Below, in pieces: positions 13,560 through 26,062 of a DNA stretch of 64,000 bases. The position numbers and the translations under genes are program-made. This DNA comes from Octopus bimaculoides (taxonomy: Eukaryota). Position 1 is the stretch's first letter, and each line of letters opens with the position of its first letter. The notes beneath the pieces were generated by a model that worked only from the letters and a program-made list of their open reading frames with translations, was not told the origin of the DNA and searched no databases. The stretch covers positions 43,999,126 to 44,063,125 of the forward strand of contig NC_068986.1 in assembly GCF_001194135.2 (NCBI RefSeq). Direction: 5' to 3'.

Positions 13560-14025
13560 ATAGAGACGGTGAGGGCGGTAGTAGATTGACAGTTGTGATG
13601 GTAATGGTTGAAAACAATCAACAGAAAGAGAGAGAGAGAGANNNNNNNNNNNNNNNNNNNNNNNNNNNNNNNNNNNNNNNNNNNNNNNNNNNNNNNNNNN
13701 NGCGACGGTGGGGGTGGGGGTGGTGGTGGTGGTAGCTGTGACAGTCAGAGATGGTGATAGTAAGCAATGTGAAAGACTGTGGTGATGATGGTGATGGAGG
13801 GGGAAGGCAGTGAAGTAAACGGTATTGATGGTGGTGGCGTCAGAAGTCTGAATGGTTTATGTATGGTAGTTGTGGTGGTGATGATGGTGATACTGGTGAT
13901 GGTGATGGTAATGGTTGAAAACAATCAACAGAAAGAGAGAGAGAGAGAGAGAGAGGGAGACAGAGAGAGAGAGAGAGAGAGAGGGGGAGAGAGAAAGAGA
14001 GAGAGAGAGAGAAAGAAAGAAAGAG
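13560..14025. repeat. GGT/GAT low-complexity and (GA)n tract with a 60-N gap
   Basis: Direct reading; gap at 13642-13701. Confidence 0.9.
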
Positions 14026-14233
14026 GTTAGACAGAAAAAAAATTGTACTGACCCCCGAATGGGAAGACAAAAAATGTTTATCATGCAGCTTTGCAATAAG
14101 TTCCAAGTCAACAAATTTTAGCATTGTTTTAATGAAAATATGTACTGAATGCTCGATATGGCAGCTCTTAAGCTAGTCTGACATAAAGCAACGTGTGTGC
14201 GTGTGTGTGCATGTGTGAGTCTGTGTACTTATA

Positions 14234-15505
14234 CTAGGGTAGGCTAAAAAGTTCATAGGCTGACTAAGAAGGAGTTATCATACAGTAATTAAACTTGACA
14301 TGCATTGAATTCAACTTTTACTGATGTTAACTGCATTTTTTCTTTCCAGATAAACCTACACTGGATACAGAATTGAGGACTTGGAAAAGTGGTGCTAGAA
14401 ACATTTTGTGAAAATGGATAAAATTTGGCACCATGGTGCTATCAAATATCTACAGAAAAAGGCGTTAGCCCCCAAGGACATTCATGCTGACATGGTTGCT
14501 ACATTAGGGGATGATGCTCCAGCTTTATCAACTGTGCAAAAGTGGGCAGCTGAATTCAAGAGGGGTAGGGAGAGTCTTGAAGATGACCCGAGGTCCAGAC
14601 GTCCTGCCACAGCCACCACCCAAGAAAACATCAACCACGTTCACCGCATGGTGATGGATGACAGACATTTAAATGTTAATCAGATAGTTAATGTAGGCCT
14701 CTCCTGTGAACGAGTTGAGAACATTCTGCATAACGAACTTGGTATGTTGAAGGTTTCCGCTCGGTGAGTACCACCAATTTTGACACCTGATCAAAAGCAC
14801 ACTATGCTGGTTATGTTACAGGTGAACTTGGCACTTTTTGAAGCAAATACAGCTGGTTTTCTTGAGCATTTCCTCACCCAAGATGAATATTGAGACCAAA
14901 CAGCAGTCCATGCAGTGGAAACACCCATCTTCTCCCCCGCCAAAGAAGGCCAAGGTGATGTCATCGGCAGGGAAGGTGATGGCCTCCATCTTTTGGGATG
15001 CAAAGGGCTTTGTGTTCATTGACCACTTTCAGAAAGGCCATACTATCAATGGAGAATACTATGCCAACTTGCTGAGTCAGCTGCGAAAAGCAATCAAATC
15101 AAAACAGCCTGGAAAACTAACAAAGAGTATCCTGCTTCACCAGGACAATGTTCCTGCACACAAGTCTGTGGTTACAATGGCTACTGTGCATGACTGTGGC
15201 TTTGAACTGGTTGATCACCCTCCATATTCTCCTGATTTGGCACCATCTGACTATTTTCTGTTCCCCAACAGGACAAAACACTTGGCTGGGAAGCAGTATC
15301 AGACCAATGATGAGGTCATATCTGCTGTTGAGGACTTTTTTGAGGGTCAGGATGAGAGCTTCTATACCATGGGAATCCAAGCGCTACAATACTGATGGAA
15401 GAAGCATATGGACCACAGGGGAAACTATGTCGAAAAATAAAACATATTTGGTCAAGTTCAATCATTGCATCATGGGCAACCTATGAACTTTTCAGTCCAC
15501 CCTCA
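14234..15505 (+). mobile_element. Full-length decayed mariner (DD34D, irritans/Himar1-like), 1272 bp
   Basis: TA flanks and ~30-bp imperfect TIRs (ctagggtaggctaaaaagttcataggctg; right end reverse-complemented tgagggtggactgaaaagttcataggttg). Transposase from 14414 with W->stop in WVP.LL (14765-14767), TQDE, QDN-34aa-PSDY and YSPDLAPSD motifs, and a deletion/frameshift near 14890. Confidence 0.95.
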
Positions 15506-16998
15506 TATACACCTTCCTGTCATTTGAGGGTGTACTCTGACACAGTTTTACCATCTCTCCCTTTCTCCTCTCTTTTTTCCTAACTGGGGTAGCCATGTAT
15601 CTCTTCCACTGCAAGATACCTGTTTCTGCTCCTCTAACATATTCTAACTTTTCATCACCTAACACAAAGCCATCCCACTCAGTTTAGTGGTTCTCATCTT
15701 GCAAACTACTTAATGACCTCACTGCTGCTGGTTCCACATAAGAGGTACCCAGTACACTCTATAAAGTGATTGGCATTAGGAAGGGTACACAGCTGTCGAA
15801 ACCATGCCAAGCAGTCTTCTCTTGTCAAACTGTCCAACCATTGGCAGCATATAAAGCGGACATTAAGTGATGATGATGATGATGATGATCACACTGTAAC
15901 ATGTATCAGACATCCAACAACCGTGGGCAGATTATTTTTGAGTGTTTAAATAGCAATTATTAATGCTGCCACCATTTTATAGATGCTTTGTCCAGGGCCT
16001 CACGGAATTAAAGGTGGCTGATGCCAGTGGCATGTAAAAAGCACCTGTACAGTATGTTGCGCCTCATGGGGGGAATGACAAATGATTGAGACCTTTGGCA
16101 GTATGCCGTGCTTCAGAAGAAGACCCATCAAGCCAAGTGAAATCGTAGTCATAGAAAAAACTGATGTCACGCAAATGGCACGTAAAAAGCATCCATTACA
16201 CTCTCAGAGTGGTTGGCATTAGGAAGGGCATCCAGCCATAGAAACCATGCTAAGTCAGACTAGAGTCTGGTACAGCCTTCCAGCTTGCCAGCATGGTCAA
16301 ACCGTCCAACCCATGGACAATGGGCATTAAATGATGATGATGATGATGATAATGATGATGATGATGAATAAATAGAACCAACGTGACAAATCTTCAGAAA
16401 CAATTCACTATACTCTATCAGGGTGCCAAACACTAGCCCTATAATAAGTAGTATCCATATAACTTTAAAAATAAAGAAGCCAAGATTACAAGGATATTCA
16501 GCCTGCAGACCTGCCATCAAGTAACAGAATACAAAATCTAACATTCAGCTATTGTCTGTGACCAAAACAAGAGTGTTTTAAGAACTGACATAGTAATACT
16601 GAAAGATTATAATGTCATGCAAACCAAGAAGCTGGGGTAAAATCATTGTTGTATGTAGAAGAATGTTCCTTACTCTATGTGTGTGGTACAACTGGAATAA
16701 TGCACAATCAATCATAGCTTAGACCTATAATAAAAACATTTACTTCACTGAACTTAGCAAACTTAGTGGCTATCATTAAAGAAATAATTCAAGTATTAAT
16801 TAGAAGAAAAAAATACCAACTGCTCCATATAAATTTCATAATTTGAATAGCCATCCAATGTAAGGTAATTTGGAGGGGAAGGAAAAAAGGTAAATTTAAA
16901 TCAAGAAGAAACAGAAAATATTTTCATAAATCCACCAACAAATGAAAAAGATGAAATTTAGAAGAAAAGCAATCAAAATATCACAGAAATTTATTTAC

Positions 16999-17147
16999 CA
17001 GCCTAATGTAGTATCTCCTTCTTCCAAACTGACATCATGACGAAATGGTAAAATTGTAAGGTGTCTACCGTAAATCAACATTGCAGCACATCTCCCATCT
17101 GGATCCACACGGACAATTGGAAGGTGTCGGTTTTCAACAAAACCACA
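16999..17147 (-). CDS. CPSF1: CPSF1 exon ([49 protein letters not shown])
   Basis: 149 nt. [13 protein letters not shown] motif; phase 2 end matches the next exon. Confidence 0.97.
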
Positions 17148-19360
17148 CTATATATTGTGAAAAAAGTTTAGGATTTATATATATATATATATATATATAT
17201 GCAGATAAAATCATTGAATATTATTTTAATTATTTTTCAATTCAACTTTTCTTAAAAATATAAAAAATAAATATAACCCATGCCAGCATGGAACATGAAT
17301 GTTAAATGATGATATTTGTTGATTTGATGTTGATTTTTCCATGCTAGCATGAGTTGTGCAGAGAATTGTATTTGTTTTAATATCCATATTTCCATGACAG
17401 CATTTTTTTGACATGGGATGTATTTCAGGCAGGACTTTATGGCCAAATATTCTTTTGGTTGCCAACACTTAACTGTTTTTACAAGTAAAGGAGTTTTAAT
17501 ATTTCACAAGTCTTTGAAAACACAGAGCAACCAGGCATAATGTCAACAAGGAATGTAAACATATTCTGTTCAAGCAAAGCTGTAGAACATCAACATTCAC
17601 ACATAATTGTGCAAGCACATGAGTCAGTCCACCGGCACTGGCAACGACCTCGCTTGGATGTTTTGTTCATGTGCCACTGGTACAAGTGCCAGTAAGTCAA
17701 CGCTGGTAACGATCATGCTCAAATGGTGCTTTTTACATGCCATCGGTACGGAAGCCAGACAGCTGCTCTGGCAGTGATCCCGCTCAGATGGTGCTGTTAG
17801 CGCTCCACTGATATGGGTGCCAGTCATCGAATTTGGTTCAGTTTCGATTTCACTTGCCCCAATAGGTCTTCGCAAGCAGAGTTTAGTGTCCAATGAAGGA
17901 AGGTTGGCATGAGTGCCAGTCATCAAAATTGGTTCGATTTCGCTTTCGATTTCACTTGCCTCAACAGGTCTTCGCAAGCAGGGTTTTGTGTCCAAAGATG
18001 GAAAGGTACGCATAAGTGAGCTGGCTACACCCCTGGTAAAGGCCACGGGTTATGGTCTCACTTGTCTTGCCGGGTCTTCTCACGCACAGCATATTTCCAA
18101 AGGCCTCGGTCATTAGTCATTGCCTCGGTGAGGCCTAATGTTCAAAGGTCGTGCTTCACCACCTCATCCCCGGTCTTCCTTGGTCTACCTCTTCTACAGG
18201 TACCCTCAACCGCTAGGCTGTGGCATCTGGTCGTCTAGTCCATGCCAGCATGGAAAGAAATAGACATAGAAAGGAAAGATGACAATGAGGATATACATTA
18301 TATCGTCATTGGTTAGACATGGCCAGTTTAAACACTAAAGGGTTGAACTAAAACTGATTATGTCCCAAGCATATTTGAATTGATTCAAAAGTTTAATTCA
18401 CAACACTACTTTTACATGCTGGAATGGCCCTCATGCCGGTGGCACATAAAAAGCACCCACTACTCTCTCAGAGTGGTTGGTGTAGGAAGGGCATCCAGCT
18501 GTAGAAACTCTGCCAAATCAGATTGGAGCCTGGTGTAGCCATCTGGTCCACCAGTCCTCAGTCAAATCGCCCAACCCGTGCTAGCATGGAAAGCGGATGT
18601 TAAACGATGATGATGATGATATATAAATAAATAAAACCTCAAGTACTTTAAATCAAACATACATTGTATTGGTGATCAAATTTTTTGAAAAAGAAATTAA
18701 ATAATTATGTTTAAGATTTAAAATGTGACAGTAAAATTAGATTCAAAATGAGTGGGGATCAACAGAGTTCAATAAGCACAAGAACTAACAAATATGAAAA
18801 TAAATATCACTTTATATGCTCAAACTATGGAAGCAAGGCAAAAATAAAAAGACATGATTGAACTATCANNNNNNNNNNGGCATCCAGCTGTAGAAACTCT
18901 GCCAAATCAGATTGGAGCCTGGTGTAGCCATCTGGTCCACCAGTCCTCAGTCAAATCGCCCAACCCGTGCTAGCATGGAAAGCGGATGTTAAACGATGAT
19001 GATGATGATATATAAATAAATAAAACCTCAAGTACTTTAAATCAAACATACATTGTATTGGTGATCAAATTTTTTGAAAAAGAAATTAAATAATTATGTT
19101 TAAGATTTAAAATGTGACAGTAAAATTAGATTCAAAATGAGTGGGGATCAACAGAGTTCAATAAGCACAAGAACTAACAAATATGAAAATAAATATCACT
19201 TTATATGCTCAAACTATGGAAGCAAGGCAAAAATAAAAAGACATGATTGAACTATCATACAAGGAATGTTTATAATTCAAAAACTTAATGGTAAACTGAG
19301 AATAAAACTTCATCCAATTTTTTAAAGAATACAGCAGAAATTAAAAAAAAGAAAACTCAC

Positions 19361-19441
19361 TTTTAATTCTTGTTCTTCAAAGTAATGAAGAGATAAAGTC
19401 TTCAAATCATGAGTCCCAGGATCATACTCCACCAGAGAAAG
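19361..19441 (-). CDS. CPSF1: CPSF1 exon ([27 protein letters not shown])
   Basis: 81 nt, AG/GTGAGT. Near-identical to the vertebrate [19 protein letters not shown] segment. Confidence 0.97.
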
Positions 19442-20171
19442 CTAGAAATATGGTAAGTTTTAGAAATAATTTCATCTGCATTGTATAACATATATTGTAG
19501 ATTTTGTTTGTTACATCTGTTTTACTATACTACTGAATGTCCACTTATTTTTAACTAAGATACTGTGAATTTAGAGTGAAGTCTGTTATTGTTATCAGCT
19601 AAGCCCTCTGAAGAAAACAATAGCATTCTGGCCCTATAGGAATACAATGCTTGTAGCAAAGACTAAACACAAAACCAAATGGTAATTCAACTTTAAATTT
19701 TTTGATATCAACCAGCTTGACACCACTCTTGGTTCTATCGAAAATGTTCCTGTTTTAAAATAATCTAAAAAGAATCTCCTATCAACATTTCATGCTAACT
19801 CAGGTTCCAAAACCTAGCTTAATAATGATTTCAAATTTTGACATAAAGTCCAGAAATTTGAAGAGAGGAGCTTAGTCAATTACTTCAACCCCAATGCTCA
19901 ACTGGTACTTATTTTATCAACACTGAAAGGATGAAGGTCAAAGTCAACCTCAGCAGAATTTGAAATCAGAATGTAAAGAATTAGAAGAAATATCACTAAG
20001 CATTTTGTCCAACATGCTAATAATTCTGCCAGCTTACCACCTTTCACCAGCTTAATAATGACAAACTTAGTTTACTAAATTCTTCATTATTTTTCAAATT
20101 TAATCGAATCAAAGGTAGCGTATTTAAAACAGAAATATGACAACAAAAGGGGTTAAAGTTACAAGGATGTA

Positions 20172-21620
20172 ATCATCATTAAACGTCCGCTTTCCATGCT
20201 GGCATGGGTTGAACGGTTTGGCTGAGGGCTGGCCAGCCAGAAGGCTGCACCAGGCTCCAATCTGATCTGGAAAAGTTTCTACAGCTGGATGCCCTTCCTA
20301 ACACTAACCATTCCAAGAGTATAGTGGGTGCTTTTTGCGTGCCACCATCACAGGAGCCAATCAGGCAGCACTGGCAATGATCACACTTGGATGCTGCTTT
20401 TTACATGCCACCAGCACAGGACCAGTCAGGCAGCACTGGCATCGACNNNNNNNNNNNNNNNNNNNNNNNNNNNNNNNNNNNNNNNNNNNNNNNNNNNNNN
20501 NNNNNNNNNNNNNNNNNNNNNNNNNNNNNNNNNNNNNNNNNNNNNNNNNNNNNNNNNNNNNNNNNNNNNNNNNNNNNNNNNNNNNNNNNNNNNNNNNNNN
20601 NNNNNNNNNNNNNNNNNNNNNNNNNNNNNNNNNNNNNNNNNNNNNNNNNNNNNNNNNNNNNTATCAACTACTTCTAGTTTTTTCCCCTGGAATGTGACAG
20701 AAGCTGTTTTCTGCACATTTTCAGTGTTTATTGCTCCCGAGCATTTGCCACACACAAAAACTATCTTCCCAGTTAGCCTTCCTTTGATATTGCTGCACCT
20801 CTTATGTGTCCATAGCTTACACTGAGTGCATCTTATAGAGTTTCTACCTATGCTTTTTCTACAGATCGAGCAGGGTCATCTACCTGAAGAGATTTGTGGT
20901 TTGTCTGCCTTCTTACTTATTGAGACTTTGGTTTTTACAAGATTGACTCTAAGGCCCTTCGATTCTAGACCTTGCTTCCACACCTGAAACTTCTCCTCTA
21001 GTTCTGATAGTGACTCAGCTATTAGAGCAAGGTCATCAGCATAGAGAAGCTCCTGGGGGGTATCCTGTCTTGAATTCATCTGTTATTGCCTGGAGGACTA
21101 TGATGAATAAGAGGGAGCTGAGGACTGATCCTCGCTAGACCCCTACCCCTACCCGGAATTCTTCACTGTACTCATTGACAACCCTCACCTTACTGACAGC
21201 ATCTCAGTACATGGCTTGTACAGCTCTCACTAACCACTCATCTATCCCTAGTTTCCACATTGACCACCAGATAAGGGATCGGGGGACCCTGTCAAAGGCT
21301 TTCTCCATGTCATCGAAAGCCAGGTACAGAGATTTATATTTGGCTAGGTACTTCTCCTGCAGCTGTCTTACCAAAAATATAGCATCAGTGGTGCTTTTCC
21401 CTGGCACAAACCCAGACTGAATCTCATCTAAACTGACTCTATCCCTAATTAGTTGGGCTATGACCCTCTCTGTGACTTTCATTACCTGATCCAACAACTT
21501 GATACCTCTGTAATTATTCGTATTTAATGCATCACCTTTACCTTTGTAGCAGTTGACTATGGTGCTGCTACACCAGTCATTGGGTATGATGACTCCATGT
21601 ATCACCTTATTGACTAAGAG
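20172..21620 (-). mobile_element. RTE-clade LINE copy of the same family, spanning N-gap 20447-20661
   Basis: IPNDWCSSTIVNCYKGKGDAL...NYRGIKLL...GFVPGKSTTDAIF...KAFDRVPR and ELLYADDLALIAES. Confidence 0.92.
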
Positions 21621-22281
21621 TATAAAATATTTGTCATTGTCATCATTTAGCATCCAATTTCCATGCTGACATGGGTTGGACAGTTTGACCAGGTAAGCTG
21701 GGGGGCTGCACCAGACTCCAGTCTGATTTGGCATGGTTTCTATGGCTGGATGCCCTTCCTAATGCCAACTACTCCAAGGGTGTAATGGATGTGTGACACC
21801 AGTATCTGCCATGACCATGATTTCACTTGGCTTGATGGGTCTTCTTCTCAAGCACAACATATTGCCAAAAGTCTCAGTCATTTGTCATTGCCTCTATGAG
21901 ACCCAGCTCTCGAAAAGTGCTTTTTACATGCCACCGGCATGGCTGCTGGTTACGTGACACCAGCATCAACCAAATTGTCTCATGAAAATTTGGAAATTAC
22001 TTTAACCATTGAGCATTCAGTTTATTCTATCAAATGTAATGTCTATTTAGTCACACTGTTTTAAATTAATTAGATGTTATTTTGTTACTTTGAGATTTCA
22101 GTGATATGATTGTATATTTTTAGAATGATATTTTAGGGTTGGTATGAGAGGCTGAATCTGGCCAGTTTGAACGTAAAACATAGAATATCTTGGCTAGATA
22201 AGGCAAGTTTAAATGCTAAAGAGTTATATGTTTTCAAGTATAAACAAAAAAAGCAATACAAAATTCAAAAATCTACTATAC

Positions 22282-22412
22282 CTTAGCATCCATGAAACTC
22301 AAAAGTAAAGCATCTCGTTGAGCACCAACCAATTTGACTGATTTCATAGACATCACATTGCCAAAAAGACTAAATGACAACATACATTCTAATTTTAATT
22401 TCTTGCGAATCT
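22282..22412 (-). CDS. CPSF1: CPSF1 exon ([44 protein letters not shown])
   Basis: AG/GT bounded, 131 nt. Conserved SFS.FGNVMSM...[11 protein letters not shown] motif. Confidence 0.97.
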
Positions 22413-23291
22413 CTGCAAAACATAAAAAGAGAGAAAAATCAAAGATTAAATAATTACTTCATATATAAGTAAAACATAAATGAAATTTAAAAACAACAAA
22501 GAGCTAAATTTATAAATTGGAATTGTCATTTTACGCCAGTAATAATGTTAAGTAGTAATCATGTATATTACTTCACAAGATAATTTGAGCATCCCCACAT
22601 GTGTGTTTGTATGAGTGTGAGAATGCAGTTATGTGTATGTGAGTGTGACTATGCATTTATGTGTATGTTTACAAACTGCTTAGTTACAGCTACAAATGGT
22701 GTCATCACTGCAGTGATTGTGTGTTAGTAAGAATAGCATCCCAAATCTCAAAATCAACTACAGTAGTAGAAAAAACAACAAAATAATTATTGTTATAAAC
22801 AAAACTAAATAATTTGTTTTCATATTTGGTTTGCAAGGTTCTTCATGTGAATCCATGTATTGAAACAGGTTTTGTTGTATCTCAGGAGGATCATTATGAA
22901 ACCTGAAACAGAGTAGGAGCAGAGAGGGCATACCACTGAGGAGGTTACAAATGACAACGAAAGGACTTTGACAAACATAACTGATTGATTAACCAAAGGA
23001 TTAATCAAACAACCAATTAGTTAGTTGGTTAAATAGTTAACAAATTAGCAAATAATAAAGAAGTGAAATAGAACCAGTGTTATATTTATTATTATTGGCA
23101 CAATGACTGTCCCAAAATAAAACAAAAACTAAATAATATTACTTTTATGGATTATTTTCAAAATTTACTAGACATTCAAATCTTTGCTTGTGCAGATTTG
23201 TTTCATATAATTTGTTTTAAATGTTTTTAAGTATAAACAAAACATATTTAGAAAATTTTTTCAATCATATTCTGAAATACGAGTCACTTAC

Positions 23292-23331
23292 CACCAATTC
23301 GTTCAGGAAGTTTATCTCCAAAAAGTGCTGC
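23292..23331 (-). CDS. CPSF1: CPSF1 40-nt micro-exon (AALFGDKLPERIG+G)
   Basis: ttttcAG acceptor and GTAAGT donor. Phase 0 in, phase 1 out, exactly bridging the flanking exons. Confidence 0.8.
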
Positions 23332-23411
23332 CTGAAAATATAAGATAATATAGTCTCATCACCGTTGATATGACTGAATATAATGAGTCTGTAAATACTG
23401 ATGTAACAGAA

Positions 23412-24000
23412 GAAAATTTGGATCTTTTTTAAAACGGGGGCCACATTTTTCATTAACGAAACACTTTGAAACTTGGAACACTGGTAGAATGTGTCATATA
23501 AAACATCTTTTTCTCTTAGTCTTCTTTAAAAAAAAAGAAATCCATAAATTATTCCATGTTAAAGTTGTCGTATTTCTGTAATTTCAACCAATCACTGACG
23601 TCCATTCAGCCGATATACATTAAGTGCCGACTACATAAACAAACGATTCTGAAACAATTAATCCTAACCCTAACCCTAACTCTAACCCTAACCCTAGGGT
23701 TAGGGTTAGGGTTAGGGTTAAAGCAAATTTAAAATGAAAAAAGCAAATAAAACGAAGAAACGTTTGTTTATGTAGTCGGCACTTAATGTATATCGACTGA
23801 ATGGACGTCAGTGATTGGTTGAAATTATCGAAATAAGACAATTTTTTACATGAAATAAATTCGAATACAAAAATATTTTTCTGTTCTATAACACAAAATA
23901 GATAAGTATACGAAGTTTGAAAGTCTTTCCGTACCAAAAACACTACGTAAAACATTAATGAAAAATGTGGCCCCCGTTTTAAAAAAGATCCGAAAATTTC
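23412..24000. mobile_element. ~590-bp foldback/MITE with a central telomere-repeat palindrome
   Basis: Outer ~45-bp inverted repeats, inner ~64-bp inverted repeats (23582-23645 vs 23761-23826), and (CCCTAA)n(TTAGGG)n at 23663-23720. Confidence 0.8.
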
Positions 24001-24424
24001 ATTTGACTCCCCTCCTTTAGCCACTCCTATGATATCTCGCATCTTAAATCCTGTAATAACATTTTTTTAAACCTTTCTGTCATATAAGTACACCCATTTG
24101 GGACTCTAATCAAGCCAAAATTCAAACTGAACATAATTTGTATTAACTTCCCCCACATAAGTCCCAACCAACAAAAGCCTCAATAGGTTAAGAACACTGG
24201 CTTACCTTTCTATCTTAAATGAATACATCACATCTAAAATCAATATAAAATATGTCATTTCCATATTATGAGATATTCTTGTTAACAAATTTAATACCAC
24301 ATTTCTACTGAAATCCAGTTGTTGTTTCAATTCATTTTGAAACTCTTTTATTTTTTACTGGTTTCAGCCCAGGGCTGAGGTCATGCTGGTGCACTACCTG
24401 TAGTTACTTAGTGTTGTTTCTAGT

Positions 24425-25335
24425 ATTGTTTTTGATGGAGTAGCAAGTTCGATGGCGCCGCTCTTCTTTGTGTCTCCAGCCACGATGAGGGTTCATCTGG
24501 TATCTCAGATAGAAACCTGTCCAGACGTTCCATGAAAACTTCCACATCAGCACCATGTATATCTCTATGGTTGCCTGGCAGGATGTTGAACAATTGCAGG
24601 CCCTTGAAACCCAGACTATTGCAGTACTGTGTCCTTATTTAAGATGGGGAAGATGGGATCTTTGGTATGATGCAGTACAGTCCAGTTCGAGGATTGGTAT
24701 AGTTGTCAATTCCAAAATTGGGATCTAAACCCTCCAAGATCTTCTAAATATATATTACTGCATATCTCTTTCGTCTTTTTTCCAGGGAATAGACTCAGCT
24801 CCTTTAGCCTTTCCCAGTAGCCCATCTTTTGCATCGAATCAATCTTCTTTGTGTATTGGCACTGGAATGCTTCGAATTCCAGTTTGTTTCACACTCTCTG
24901 GGGACCATAGTTGGGAGCAGTAGTCCAAGCGGCTGAGAATGAAAGTCCCCCATAGGAGTAGCAGGACTTCCATTTTCCTGGTTCTGAATGTCCTCAGAAT
25001 CCATCCAGCCACTCGCCTGCACAGTGTTGCCATCATGGTAATATGCACATGGAATGTTACATCATTGCTCATGTGAACCCCCAAGTCAAGCACCGACTCT
25101 GACTTTGGGATCGTATTACCTTCTGGTCGAGTGTATTCCAATTTTAGCCTGGTGTTGGACCAATAGTGGAGTGCCTGAAATTTCATAGCATTGAACTGCA
25201 TGTTATCTTTGTTAGCACATTTGTATATTTCATTCAGGTCTTTCTACAGTTTTATGCCTGCAATACTTTTGTGTCATCAGCATAACTGGTCAGATTGGCT
25301 GACTGTACTGCGGAGGGCATGTCTGAAGAATTGAT
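24425..25335 (-). mobile_element. CR1-clade LINE 3' fragment
   Basis: SYADDTK (~25265-25285), MQFNAMKF, DLGVHMS, GWILRTFRTR, LSRLDYCSQLWSP. Confidence 0.9.
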
Positions 25336-25338
25336 TAA

Positions 25339-25621
25339 AACTGGTTCTCAACCATTTTTTATCTATGGAACCCTTTGATTATTATTTCATTCTGGCAGAC
25401 CCCATAGCCATTCAATTTTTTTTAAAACTAGATTTATAGATAGTTCCTTCAAAATTCTTATTTTGTTTATCACAAGTTCACTTTTGCAGGCTGAACTATG
25501 TAAAATGTCAGAAAGAAGCCTAGTTTTTTCTTGCAATAAATACATATAGAGCAAAATTTCTTTCATGAACCCATAAAATACTACTTGTGGACCCAGTTTA
25601 CTATTTTGTTGAGAACCACTG
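25339..25621. mobile_element. Older hAT-type MITE with the same TIR family
   Basis: ctggttctcaacc ... tgttgagaaccactg ends. TSD not recognisable. Confidence 0.6.
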
Positions 25622-25646
25622 TATTAAAATAACTGCTATTAAGCAG

Positions 25647-25867
25647 TTGAAAAGCGGCAAGCTGACAGTACAATTAGCATGCCAGGAAAAACGTTTAGCA
25701 GTATTTTGTCCATCTTTACATTCTGAGTTCAAATTCCACTACGGTTGACTTTGCCATTCATCCTTTTGGGGATCGATAAACTAAGTACCAGTGAAACACT
25801 GGGGTTGATGTAATCAACTAGTCTCCACCCCTCAAATTTCAGGCCTTGTGCCTATAGTAGAAACGAT
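25647..25867 (+). mobile_element. tRNA-derived SINE family 3 with 10-bp TSD; other copies at 19829-20048 (-, 13-bp TSD), 52590-52808, 40480-40570 + 41954-42065 (split), ~10260-10450 (-), ~62390-62570 (-)
   Basis: B-box gagttcaaattcc. TSD tattaagcag at 25637-25646 and 25868-25877. Confidence 0.85.
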
Positions 25868-26062
25868 TATTAAGCAGGTATTTGGGACATAGATTAATAT
25901 GAAATTTTAATGGATGCTTTAAATTTAGATAACTTTAAAAACGAAGTTTATATCAAAGAACCACAACTGGTCTGGGGTGGGTTGGCATCAAATGGGTTTA
26001 ATGTTTTTTCTGGAAACAAGTATCTTGAAAGAAATGAACATATGATATGAAAATTTACAAAC

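Noticed and set aside
13590-13950. Repeat of gtgatggtaatggttgaaaacaatcaacagaaagagaga on both sides of a gap
   Set aside because: It flanks an N-gap in low-complexity DNA and cannot be distinguished from an assembly artefact.
18490-19257. Exact 379-bp direct duplication (18490-18868 and 18879-19257)
   Set aside because: The copies are identical and separated by a 10-N gap, so this is almost certainly overlapping contig ends rather than a real tandem duplication.
23663-23720. Telomere-telomere chromosome fusion scar
   Set aside because: The orientation is CCCTAA then TTAGGG, the reverse of a fusion. It is short and centred in a transposon-like inverted repeat.
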